A stretch of 64,000 nt of DNA from contig CBDCWI010000002.1 in the NCBI GenBank assembly GCA_965223325.1, positions 480,001-544,000 on the forward strand, in the 5' to 3' direction. The first letter of the stretch is position 1. Each line of letters begins with the position of its first letter. This stretch comes from Candidatus Multivoradales bacterium (GTDB lineage Bacteria; Acidobacteriota; Thermoanaerobaculia; Multivoradales; Multivoraceae). The translations under genes were made by a program, and so were the position numbers. Below, piece after piece: positions 36,838 through 45,201 of the stretch. The notes beneath the pieces are model-generated. The model searched no databases and had not been told where the DNA came from. It was given only the letters and a program-made list of their open reading frames with translations.

Positions 36838-38957
36838 AAGAGCGCCAGGCTCAGGCACTCGAAGCGTCTCTCTTCCTCGAGCGAGTCAGTGCCCATCACT
36901 ATCGACTGCCGGAGTCGATACCCGGCTGGGCCAAGCCGCTGCTCTCGGAGGGCGAGCTGCACCGGTCCGGCGAAGGAACGACTCTCGAGCTCTGTGAACC
37001 GACCAGTTTCATGGGTGCCTTCGCGAGCGAGATCGAAGAACACTGGCGGGAATCAAACGCGCCACTCGGCTCTGGGGTAGTGACCTTCAAGCAAGACCTG
37101 GGCGCGGAGGTCTATCTCGAACTGCGCGCACTCACCATCGGCAGCACCCGAGTGCTCGCCGTCGAACACATCGGCAGTAGCTACGCGGAAGCCCTGGGGG
37201 CCGCCACGGCCGGCCCACGTGCTCTCGTCAACCTCGCCCACCGCGTTCGCCACCTCGTCTTTCGACCGCGCGAGGACGAGGGCAGAACGCCGCGAGACCT
37301 CACTTTAGACCTCGATCCCGACGGTGTACCGACGGCCCTTCGCCCGCCCGGGTTCCTCGGAATCGATTTCCCGGCCACGCCGTGCGCGGACAATCCTCTG
37401 ACACGGCTACCTGCCGACTTGCGTACGCAGATCGAGCGGCACCGCCTGAAGGTTCTCGAGCACAATCAGGAGAAGGACTTTCAGTACCGGTTCCCAAACG
37501 ACCATGCCGAGCGCGGAACGCTCTACCGCCTTCTGATCGAACCGGTCGGAGACGGTGCGACGCGCCTCTTTGCCCTCGACATCACCTCTCACCACGAAGC
37601 CTTCGCCCGGGCACTGATGGCCCACGACACCGACCCGGTCACCGGGCTACCCAATCGCAACGGCATGACCCGCCGCATCGCGACGGCCATCGGTCGCAGT
37701 TCCGTCGTTTCGAAAAGCTACTGCGGCGTTCTGTTCATCGATCTCGACGGCTTCAAGGAAGTCAACGACACTCATGGCCACAAGATTGGCGACCTTCTGT
37801 TGGTGCGCGTGGCCGAGAGAATTGCCGACATCACCCGCTCCGTCGACATGGTGAGCCGCTGGGGAGGTGACGAGTTCGTCGTCCTCGTCGAAGGCCTGCA
37901 TTCCGACCGGGACGCGGCGACCGTTGCCGGCAAGATCGTGCATGCGATCGCGCAACCAATCGAAATCGAGGGGACGCAGTTCGAAGTCTCGGCCAGCGTT
38001 GGCGTCGCGGTAGCACCGGCCGACGGCGAAGACGTCGACTCTCTGCTCTCGAAGGCGGACGGTGCGATGTACAAGGCCAAGGCCAGCGGCGGACGGCGCT
38101 ACCGTCTGGCAAGTCAAGTGGAGGAGAGCCTCCTCGCCCATCGCGAGAAGGTTCGCGCTTCGTTGGTCGATGCCCTGCGCAAGAAGCAGATGACCCTCCG
38201 CCTGTGGCCACAAGGAGCGGCCACCGAAGAAGTCCTGGGCTTCGAGGTCGTCCCTTACTGGTTGCATCCAGAGCGCGGACCGATCAACCCTGCTCTGCTC
38301 TTGCGCAGCGTCAGTCGATCGCGGGACCCTCTGCATGAGGTCTCGATCTGGGCTCTTGAACGGACCGTCGCGATGCTCGAGCGGGCCGACATCAGCCTCG
38401 CTTCAGGAAGCGGCGACTTCATTTGTAGCCTGGCGCTCGGAACCGAGACTCTCGGAACTGCCTCCGCCCTGGAGAAGGTGATCGCAATCCTCGAACGCGC
38501 TCCAGACGCCCGACGCCGTCTCGAGTTCATGCTTCCTGAATCAGTCCTCGAGCTCCACGACGCACCGGTCGTCGTCGGAAGGCTGCGCGCCGCTGGAGTG
38601 CGCCTGGCCCTGGTTCTCGCCGGAAGTCGCGGTCTCGAACCCGAGTTTCTCGCCAATGCCGGCTTTTCGCGCTTCGTGGTCCACGACTCTCTGACTGAGA
38701 CGGTTCTCAAAGAACCCAAAGCGCGCGCGATCGCAGCCGGGCTCGGCGGCGTCGCCCGCGGCCTGGGTCTCGAGGTCTTGGCCCGTGGCGTCGACAGCCA
38801 GAAGCAGCTCGAGGCGATGGCCGACTGCGGCTGCACGCACTTCCAGGGCTGTCGCACGGGTCATCCGCTGTCCATCGAAGAGGTCCTCGGACGCGAGGCT
38901 CAGCTCGCGGCGGATCAGCTGTTGAACGACCCCCTGCCGAGCGACTCGAACAGCTGA
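36834..38957 (+). CDS. Diguanylate cyclase with uncharacterised N-terminal domain, PAS-like region and degenerate EAL
   Basis: DPVTGLPNR, DLDGFKEVND.HGH..GD, RSVD I-site, RWGGDEF; EAL reads EVV and DDFGTG is missing. Confidence 0.9.
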   Translation: MKERQAQALEASLFLERVSAHHYRLPESIPGWAKPLLSEGELHRSGEGTTLELCEPTSFMGAFASEIEEHWRESNAPLGSGVVTFKQDLGAEVYLELRALTIGSTRVLAVEHIGSSYAEALGAATAGPRALVNLAHRVRHLVFRPREDEGRTPRDLTLDLDPDGVPTALRPPGFLGIDFPATPCADNPLTRLPADLRTQIERHRLKVLEHNQEKDFQYRFPNDHAERGTLYRLLIEPVGDGATRLFALDITSHHEAFARALMAHDTDPVTGLPNRNGMTRRIATAIGRSSVVSKSYCGVLFIDLDGFKEVNDTHGHKIGDLLLVRVAERIADITRSVDMVSRWGGDEFVVLVEGLHSDRDAATVAGKIVHAIAQPIEIEGTQFEVSASVGVAVAPADGEDVDSLLSKADGAMYKAKASGGRRYRLASQVEESLLAHREKVRASLVDALRKKQMTLRLWPQGAATEEVLGFEVVPYWLHPERGPINPALLLRSVSRSRDPLHEVSIWALERTVAMLERADISLASGSGDFICSLALGTETLGTASALEKVIAILERAPDARRRLEFMLPESVLELHDAPVVVGRLRAAGVRLALVLAGSRGLEPEFLANAGFSRFVVHDSLTETVLKEPKARAIAAGLGGVARGLGLEVLARGVDSQKQLEAMADCGCTHFQGCRTGHPLSIEEVLGREAQLAADQLLNDPLPSDSNS

Positions 38958-39158
38958 ACAGCTGAGAAAGACGCCGGGTGATTGCTTGGATCCCCCGCTG
39001 CGGAGAGGGGTTCTCACGAACCCATCCGCGTCCTCGAACGTCCAACGCATGAGTTCCGAACCCGTGGTCCCTCGGCACCAGACCACCCATGCATGATGAA
39101 GTAGGGGAAACTTCTCTTTCATCGAACATCGAACATCGAACCAACTGGAGTGCAGCCT

Positions 39159-40037
39159 TTGAGCGATACGTCCTACACCCCACCCAGAGTCTGGACCTGG
39201 GACGCCGAGAGCGGCGGAGCTTTCGCCAACATCAACCGACCGATCGCCGGGCCGACGCACGAGAACGAACTCCCGGTTGGCAAGCATCCGCTGCAGCTCT
39301 ACTCGTTGGCTACACCCAACGGTGTCAAGGTCACCGTCATGCTCGAGGAACTGCTCGCCACCGGCCACAGCGGCGCCGAGTACGACGCCTTCCTGATCAA
39401 CATTCGCGAGGGTGACCAGTTCTCGAGCGGCTTCGTCTCGGTCAACCCCAACTCCAAGATCCCGGCACTCTTCGATCGCAGTACCGATCCGGCCACCCGC
39501 GTCTTCGAGTCGGGCGCGATTCTGCTCTACCTGGCCGAGAAGTTCGGCGCCTTCTTGCCCACCGACCATCACGCGCGCACCGAGTGCCTGTCGTGGTTGT
39601 TCTGGCAGATGGGCAGCGCCCCCTACCTGGGAGGCGGCTTTGGCCACTTCTATGCCTACGCCCCGGAGAAGTTCGAGTACCCGATCAACCGTTTCGCGAT
39701 GGAGGTCAAGCGCCAGCTCGACGTGCTCGACCGGCACCTCAAAGACAACGAGTACATGGCCGGCACAGAGTATTCGATCGCCGATATGGCGATCTGGCCG
39801 TGGTACGGCGCGCTGGTCAAGAACGCTGTCTACGAGGCGGCCGAGTTCCTCGACACGGCGAGTTATACCCACGTCGACCGCTGGACCGAGCAGATCGGAA
39901 TGCGCCCTGCAGTTCAGCGCGGTCGAATGGTCAACCGGGGTTGGGGGCCTCCTGAAGAACAACTGCCCGAGCGCCACGACGCCTCGGACTTCGAACACCG
40001 CACCGGAGACAAGCTCGCGGAGTCCTCCGAGAGCTGA
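39159..40037 (+). CDS. yghU: Glutathione-dependent disulfide-bond oxidoreductase (Nu-class GST)
   Basis: YTPPRVW, FANINRPIAG, LYSLATPNGVK, NPNSKIP, FESGAIL, ERHDASDF; TTG start 8 nt after GGAG. Confidence 0.93.
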   Translation: MSDTSYTPPRVWTWDAESGGAFANINRPIAGPTHENELPVGKHPLQLYSLATPNGVKVTVMLEELLATGHSGAEYDAFLINIREGDQFSSGFVSVNPNSKIPALFDRSTDPATRVFESGAILLYLAEKFGAFLPTDHHARTECLSWLFWQMGSAPYLGGGFGHFYAYAPEKFEYPINRFAMEVKRQLDVLDRHLKDNEYMAGTEYSIADMAIWPWYGALVKNAVYEAAEFLDTASYTHVDRWTEQIGMRPAVQRGRMVNRGWGPPEEQLPERHDASDFEHRTGDKLAESSES

Positions 40038-40120
40038 GGGCCACCCCGCCCTTGGCTCGACAGGGTGCGGTGCGGTCTATCACGTGAGCCGAAAAAACAG
40101 AGATCTAGAGGGAGCCAAGC

Positions 40121-40990
40121 ATGAAGATCGGACTCATCCCCATCAACGTCGGGCAGAGCCACGTCGACCACATGGTCGGCCTCGCCCAGCATGCCGAGAA
40201 TGTCGGGTTCGAATCTGTCTGGACGTTCGAACACACCATCGTTCCCGTCGACTACGCCTCGCGTTACCCCTACGACGCCTCAGGAAAGATGGGCGCCGAG
40301 CCAGAGACCGCGTTCATCGACCCCCTCATCGCCCTTTCCGCGGTCGCTGCCAACACCGAGCGGCTGATCCTCGCTACCGGGGTCAACATCTTGCCGCAGG
40401 CCAACCCGATCTACCTGGCAAAGCAGGCGGCCAGTCTCGACTTCGTCTCCAACGGGCGCTTTCGGCTCGGCGTCGGGATCGGCTGGCTCAGGGAAGAGTT
40501 TCACGCCCTGGGCGTACCGTTCGAGCGCCGTGGCGCACGCTTCGACGACTACATTGGCGCGATGCAGAAGATCTGGGCAGGAGACGTCGTCGAACATCAG
40601 AGCGACTTTCTCGACTGGAGTGGCTGGAAGAGCTATCCCACCCCAGTGCAGGACCCGCTCCCGGTGATCATTGGGGGCTCGAAGGGCAAGGTGTTCCAAC
40701 GCATCGCCAAGTATGGGCAGGGTTGGTACGCCCCCGCCAATGATCCTGCTCAACTCGAGCCGCTGCTCGAGCCGCTCGACGCGGCGCTCGCTGACGAGGG
40801 GCGCAGCCGCGACACGCTCGAAATCTCGGCGATGTGGGTTCCGGCTGCTGGCGGACTCGATGTGGCGCGCGCCTTTGCGGATCTCGGGGTCGAGCGTCTT
40901 GTCATTCCTCTGATGACCCTTCTCGACGACCGAAACCCCGTCGAAGCGCTGTCGAAGTTCAGCGACGACTACCTGTCGAAACTGGCCTGA
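40121..40990 (+). CDS. LLM-class (putatively F420-dependent) oxidoreductase, Rv2161c-like
   Basis: GFESVWTFEH...SRYPY, DPLIALS, LAKQAASLD..SNGR..LGVGIGWLREEF. Confidence 0.85.
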   Translation: MKIGLIPINVGQSHVDHMVGLAQHAENVGFESVWTFEHTIVPVDYASRYPYDASGKMGAEPETAFIDPLIALSAVAANTERLILATGVNILPQANPIYLAKQAASLDFVSNGRFRLGVGIGWLREEFHALGVPFERRGARFDDYIGAMQKIWAGDVVEHQSDFLDWSGWKSYPTPVQDPLPVIIGGSKGKVFQRIAKYGQGWYAPANDPAQLEPLLEPLDAALADEGRSRDTLEISAMWVPAAGGLDVARAFADLGVERLVIPLMTLLDDRNPVEALSKFSDDYLSKLA

Positions 40991-41005
40991 GCCGAGGAGA
41001 AAAGG

Positions 41006-41599
41006 ATGATCAAGCTCTACTGGTGCGAAAAGACCCGCGCCTCGCGGGCCGTCTGGATGTTCGAGGAGCTCGGCAAGCCCTACGAAGTCTGCCGGGTCGA
41101 CATTCGAGACAACGCGGCAGCTCATCCACCGGGCTTCGAAGAGGCCAGTCCCATGGGTAAAGTCCCCGCCATCGTCGACGGCGAGGTGGCAATGGCTGAG
41201 TCGGCGGCGATCTGCACCTACCTGGCGGACCGCTATGCCCTGGGTCGGCTGGCACCGACACTCGACGATCCGCAGCGCGGCCTCTACCTGTATTGGATGT
41301 ACTTCACGCCAGCCGTCATCGAACCGGCGATGACCGAGAAGTTCCGTAACCTCGAGCCAGATCGGCTCTCGAACGGCTGGGGCGACTTCGATTCGATGAT
41401 CGAGGTCCTCGAAAGCCGCTTTGGCAGCGGGCCGTGGATCCTGGGGGAGAAGTTCTCCGCCGCCGACGTCATGATCGGCGGCAGCGTCCTCTTCCTACGC
41501 GCCTTCAATGCCCTGCCCTCCTCCGACGTGCTCGAAGCCTACGCCGAGCGCGCCGGAAACCGGCCTGGCTACTTGAAGGCCGGCGGGCTGGACGTCTAG
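41006..41599 (+). CDS. Glutathione S-transferase
   Basis: TRASR, PMGKVP, ESAAIC.YL, FSAADV. Confidence 0.9.
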   Translation: MIKLYWCEKTRASRAVWMFEELGKPYEVCRVDIRDNAAAHPPGFEEASPMGKVPAIVDGEVAMAESAAICTYLADRYALGRLAPTLDDPQRGLYLYWMYFTPAVIEPAMTEKFRNLEPDRLSNGWGDFDSMIEVLESRFGSGPWILGEKFSAADVMIGGSVLFLRAFNALPSSDVLEAYAERAGNRPGYLKAGGLDV

Positions 41600-41687
41600 G
41601 CAGGAGGGTCCGCACGACGTATCGAGCCGCGGAACCACTGTTTGCAAGGTCCGTTCTAATCACTGGACGACGGAGGCGACTCACGCG

Positions 41688-42107
41688 ATGGCAGATCTCA
41701 AGACCAAGCGCAACAAGGCCAGCGTGGCCGCGTTCCTCAAAGGGATCGAGGACGATCAAATGCGGCGCGACGCGCGCGAGCTCGCCAAGATGATGCGCGA
41801 GATCACTGGCGCCAAGGCAGAGATGTGGGGCCCGTCGATCGTTGGCTTTGGTCGCTACCACTACGTCTACGAGAGCGGCCGCGAGGGCGACTGGATGCTG
41901 GTCGGGTTCGCACCGCGCAAGGCGGCGCTGACCCTCTACATCATGTCCGGCTTCGGTCAGTATCAGAAGCTACTCGGCAAGCTCGGCAAGCACAGGACCG
42001 GCAAGTCTTGTCTCTACATCAAGCGGCTCGACGACGTGGACCGCGGGGTTCTCGAGCGCCTCATCCGGTCCTCGGTCGAACACCTTCGGAAGACCCACCG
42101 GGCCTAG
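41688..42107 (+). CDS. DUF1801 family protein
   Basis: MWGPSIVGFG.YHY.YESGREGDW, GFAPRK, GKSCLYIKRL. Confidence 0.88.
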   Translation: MADLKTKRNKASVAAFLKGIEDDQMRRDARELAKMMREITGAKAEMWGPSIVGFGRYHYVYESGREGDWMLVGFAPRKAALTLYIMSGFGQYQKLLGKLGKHRTGKSCLYIKRLDDVDRGVLERLIRSSVEHLRKTHRA

Positions 42108-42243
42108 GAGGGGGAAGGTCTCGTCTGCGCTCGACGCATTGTCAAATCTATATAAGCTTGAAAGCTAGTCTTACTTGTTTTTCTGTGATATAGTTCCAGG
42201 ACCGGGGAGTCCATCCCCGCCTTCCCATCCGAGGAGAACTGCC

Positions 42244-43059
42244 ATGTCCTCAGTACTTTGGCCCACACTCCGACCGGTTGGAACCACAAGCCTTCCGGTC
42301 CTACTCGTCGTTTCGTGCCTGATGGCGCTTCTTGCAGGATCACCTGCGGCTGCCCAGGAGCCGCTCCTGGCCTCGGAACGACCACGCAGCGCTCCCCTCG
42401 ACCTGCCGCCGGAAGAAGAGCTCGTCGTACGCCTCTACGAGCAGGCCCTGCGCAGCACCGTTTCGGTCTTCGGCGAGACCGATACCCACAAGGGAAACGT
42501 CATCGAGACCGTTCGCGGCCACGGCAGCGGCGTGTTGCTCGATGAACGCCACGTCCTCACCGTCGCCCACGTGGTCGCGGGCGAAGAGCGGGTGCTGGTC
42601 AAGACCGCCAACGGTCCTGAGCTCCTGGCTCACGTCGTGCGGCTCGCCGAACATGCCGACCTCGCCCTCCTGCAACTCGAGAAGGCCATCGTCGGTGCAA
42701 CGCCCGCTGTTCTCGGCGACTCCGATCGGTTGGCCATTGGTCAGCGCGTCATCGCCATCGGCAATCCCTTTGGTCTCGAGAACTCGCTTTCCGAAGGTCG
42801 CGTGAGCGGTTTCCGACGCAGTCAAGACAACGCGGTTGCTCAGCCCGAGTACATCCAGACGGACGCTGCCATCAGTTCCGGCAACAGCGGCGGGCCGCTC
42901 TTCGATTCGTCGGGCCGGGTGATTGGCATTGCCGCCAAGTTCTGGTCGGTCTCAGGAGGCTCAGAGGGCATCGGCTTCGCCGTCGCCATCAACTCGGCGC
43001 GTGAGATCTTCGACATTTCGTCGACGACGGTCGCAGCGCTCGGCGAAGAGTCGCCCTAG
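42244..43059 (+). CDS. Secreted HtrA-like trypsin serine protease without PDZ
   Basis: Signal peptide, triad TVAHV / ADLA / GNSGG, IGNPFGL, IQTDAAI; GAGGAG RBS. Confidence 0.88.
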   Translation: MSSVLWPTLRPVGTTSLPVLLVVSCLMALLAGSPAAAQEPLLASERPRSAPLDLPPEEELVVRLYEQALRSTVSVFGETDTHKGNVIETVRGHGSGVLLDERHVLTVAHVVAGEERVLVKTANGPELLAHVVRLAEHADLALLQLEKAIVGATPAVLGDSDRLAIGQRVIAIGNPFGLENSLSEGRVSGFRRSQDNAVAQPEYIQTDAAISSGNSGGPLFDSSGRVIGIAAKFWSVSGGSEGIGFAVAINSAREIFDISSTTVAALGEESP

Positions 43060-43104
43060 CGACGTCCTGGCAGTAGGAGGGTTGTATGGTGACGGGCATC
43101 CGCT

Positions 43105-44400
43105 ATGCCTCGAGCCCCGAAACACCGTGCCGTCCTCCATATGCTGGCGTTGGTGGTCGCCGGCGAAGCGGTCTTCGGGCTGCCTTTCGTGGTGGCACGG
43201 GTCTGGAGGCCCACCCTGCTCGACGTCTTTGGCATCACCAACTTCGAACTCGGCGCCGCGTTCTCCACCTATGGCGTGGTGGCAATGCTTTCCTACTTCC
43301 CGGGCGGCCCACTCGCCGACCGCTTCTCGGCGCGCCGTCTGCTGGCGATCGCCCTCCTCTTGACCGCCGCCGGGGGTGTGCTCTACGCCCGCATCCCGGC
43401 TCTATCGACACTCACCCTGCTTTTTGCCTTCTGGGGTGCATCGACGATTCTGTTGTTCTGGTCGCCCCTCTTGCGCGCCACCTGGCAATGGGGCGGCGAT
43501 ACCAGCCAGGGCAGAGCCTTTGGCATTCTCGACGGCGGGCGCGGCCTCTTCGCGGCTCTCCTGGCCAGCGCAACGGTTCTGATCTTCACCTTCTTTCTGC
43601 CCGGCGACCCCACCGAAGCTTCCCTGGCCGAGCGCAGCTTCGCACTCAGCAGGGTCATCCTGGTGTTCGCCGGCATGGCAGTTGTCGCAGCGCTTCTGGT
43701 GTGGCTCTGGGTGCCGGAAGAGAATCGCACCCGACGCCCGGATGCGCAACGAACGTTCTCCTGGGCCGCCGTGCCCGCGGTGCTCCGTCAGCCGGCACTC
43801 TGGCTACAGGCAGTGATCGTCGTCTGTGCCTACGTCGGATATAAGAGCACCGACGACTTTTCGCTCTATGCCCGCGACGGCTTCGGCATGAACGACGTTC
43901 AAGCCGCAACAATCGGAACGATCTCGTTCTACCTACGGCCGGTCGCAGCCCTGGCAGCTGGTCTGCTTGGCGACCGATTCGAATCCTCGCGCGTTCTGAT
44001 GTGGTCGTTCACGCTGCTGGTCATCACCAGCGGCGGGATGGGGCTCGGCCTCTTGCCCGAAGGCGCCCCGACGTTCTTCTTTGTCGCCATTGCCGCGACC
44101 TCGACTGCGATCTACGCTCTGCGCGGCGTCTACTTCGCACTCTTTCCGGAATCCTCCGTGCCCCCGGCCTACACCGGCACGGCCATCGGCCTGGTGTCGT
44201 TCGTTGGCTACACTCCGGACATCTTCATGGGCCCCCTGATGGGGTTTCTCACCGATCGCGCTCCCGGAGCGGCCGGCCACGAAGACGTCTTCGCAGTGGT
44301 TGGCGGTTTCGCCCTGGCGGGTCTTCTAGCGGCCGCCGCGTTTCGCGCCGTCACCCGCGACCGCAGCGAGGGCACGGCCGCTCAGGTCGCATCGCCCTAG
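43105..44400 (+). CDS. MFS transporter
   Basis: About 12 TM segments; motif A GGPLADRFSARR repeated as GLLGDRF. Confidence 0.9.
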   Translation: MPRAPKHRAVLHMLALVVAGEAVFGLPFVVARVWRPTLLDVFGITNFELGAAFSTYGVVAMLSYFPGGPLADRFSARRLLAIALLLTAAGGVLYARIPALSTLTLLFAFWGASTILLFWSPLLRATWQWGGDTSQGRAFGILDGGRGLFAALLASATVLIFTFFLPGDPTEASLAERSFALSRVILVFAGMAVVAALLVWLWVPEENRTRRPDAQRTFSWAAVPAVLRQPALWLQAVIVVCAYVGYKSTDDFSLYARDGFGMNDVQAATIGTISFYLRPVAALAAGLLGDRFESSRVLMWSFTLLVITSGGMGLGLLPEGAPTFFFVAIAATSTAIYALRGVYFALFPESSVPPAYTGTAIGLVSFVGYTPDIFMGPLMGFLTDRAPGAAGHEDVFAVVGGFALAGLLAAAAFRAVTRDRSEGTAAQVASP

Positions 44401-45137
44401 CTCGACGGTTCCGACGGCGGCTCTGAGAAGAGCGCCAGCGCCTCGGCGACCTGAAGCGAGACCGCCGCCTCATGCTCTGCAACCGCTACCAGCCAGGGCG
44501 GCCGCTCTTCTGGCACAACGCACACTGCGATCGGCTTCTCGTAGGGTGAAAGAAAGGCCGCCTGGCGCGCGAACATGCGAGCGTAGCCGGGCGGTCGAAC
44601 GTCTGATGAGAGCTCGAGCAACGCAAACGGATCAACGCTTTGTACTTCGGCACGCTTCGCAGTCTCTTGATCAACCAGCACGAGGGTACCGACCGGAGCG
44701 GGCTCGGGTCCGCCGCCGGCCAGGCCGCGACCGCCAGAGAGCACGGCGCCCCGCACCAGTTCGGGCCGCGAGCCCGCCACCAAAAGCGCCAGGAAGGCGC
44801 CCAGCCCATTGCCCATGACGGTCGCCGGGCCGATGACCGCGAGCGCCGCGTCGAGGTCGGCCATCAACACTTCGGCGGAGTACCCGCCGCCGGCTCCCCG
44901 TCCCGACGCGCCGTGTCCGGACAAGTCGAGGGCGAACACATCGCCGGGCCAATCCTGGCACTCCGCCGGTAGGTCCACCGGCGAGCGCCCCCCAAGGTCA
45001 TGCACCAGAAGAAGCGGATGACCGCCCCTCGAAGGCACCCTCTCGGCGAGCTGGAAGAGGGCGAGGTCCAGGCGTCCGTGGCGCACGCGCTCTGGGTTTG
45101 CGGTCTCTCTTTTTCCTTTGCTCGAGCTGCTCGCCAT
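44397..45137 (-). CDS. Alpha/beta hydrolase-fold protein lacking the nucleophile serine
   Basis: LLVHDLG, ALDLSGHGAS, elbow reads GNGLG. Confidence 0.8.
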   Translation of the reverse strand: MASSSSKGKRETANPERVRHGRLDLALFQLAERVPSRGGHPLLLVHDLGGRSPVDLPAECQDWPGDVFALDLSGHGASGRGAGGGYSAEVLMADLDAALAVIGPATVMGNGLGAFLALLVAGSRPELVRGAVLSGGRGLAGGGPEPAPVGTLVLVDQETAKRAEVQSVDPFALLELSSDVRPPGYARMFARQAAFLSPYEKPIAVCVVPEERPPWLVAVAEHEAAVSLQVAEALALFSEPPSEPSS

Positions 45138-45201
45138 CTTGCTCTTTCTACAGTCGTCGGGGACCGTCTGCTGGTAGCGAACTATAGTTGGCCCAACGGA
45201 T

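Noticed and set aside
38130-38957. Active c-di-GMP phosphodiesterase
   Set aside because: EAL, DDFGTG and EGVE motifs are all degenerate (EVV, LVLAGS, RGVD)
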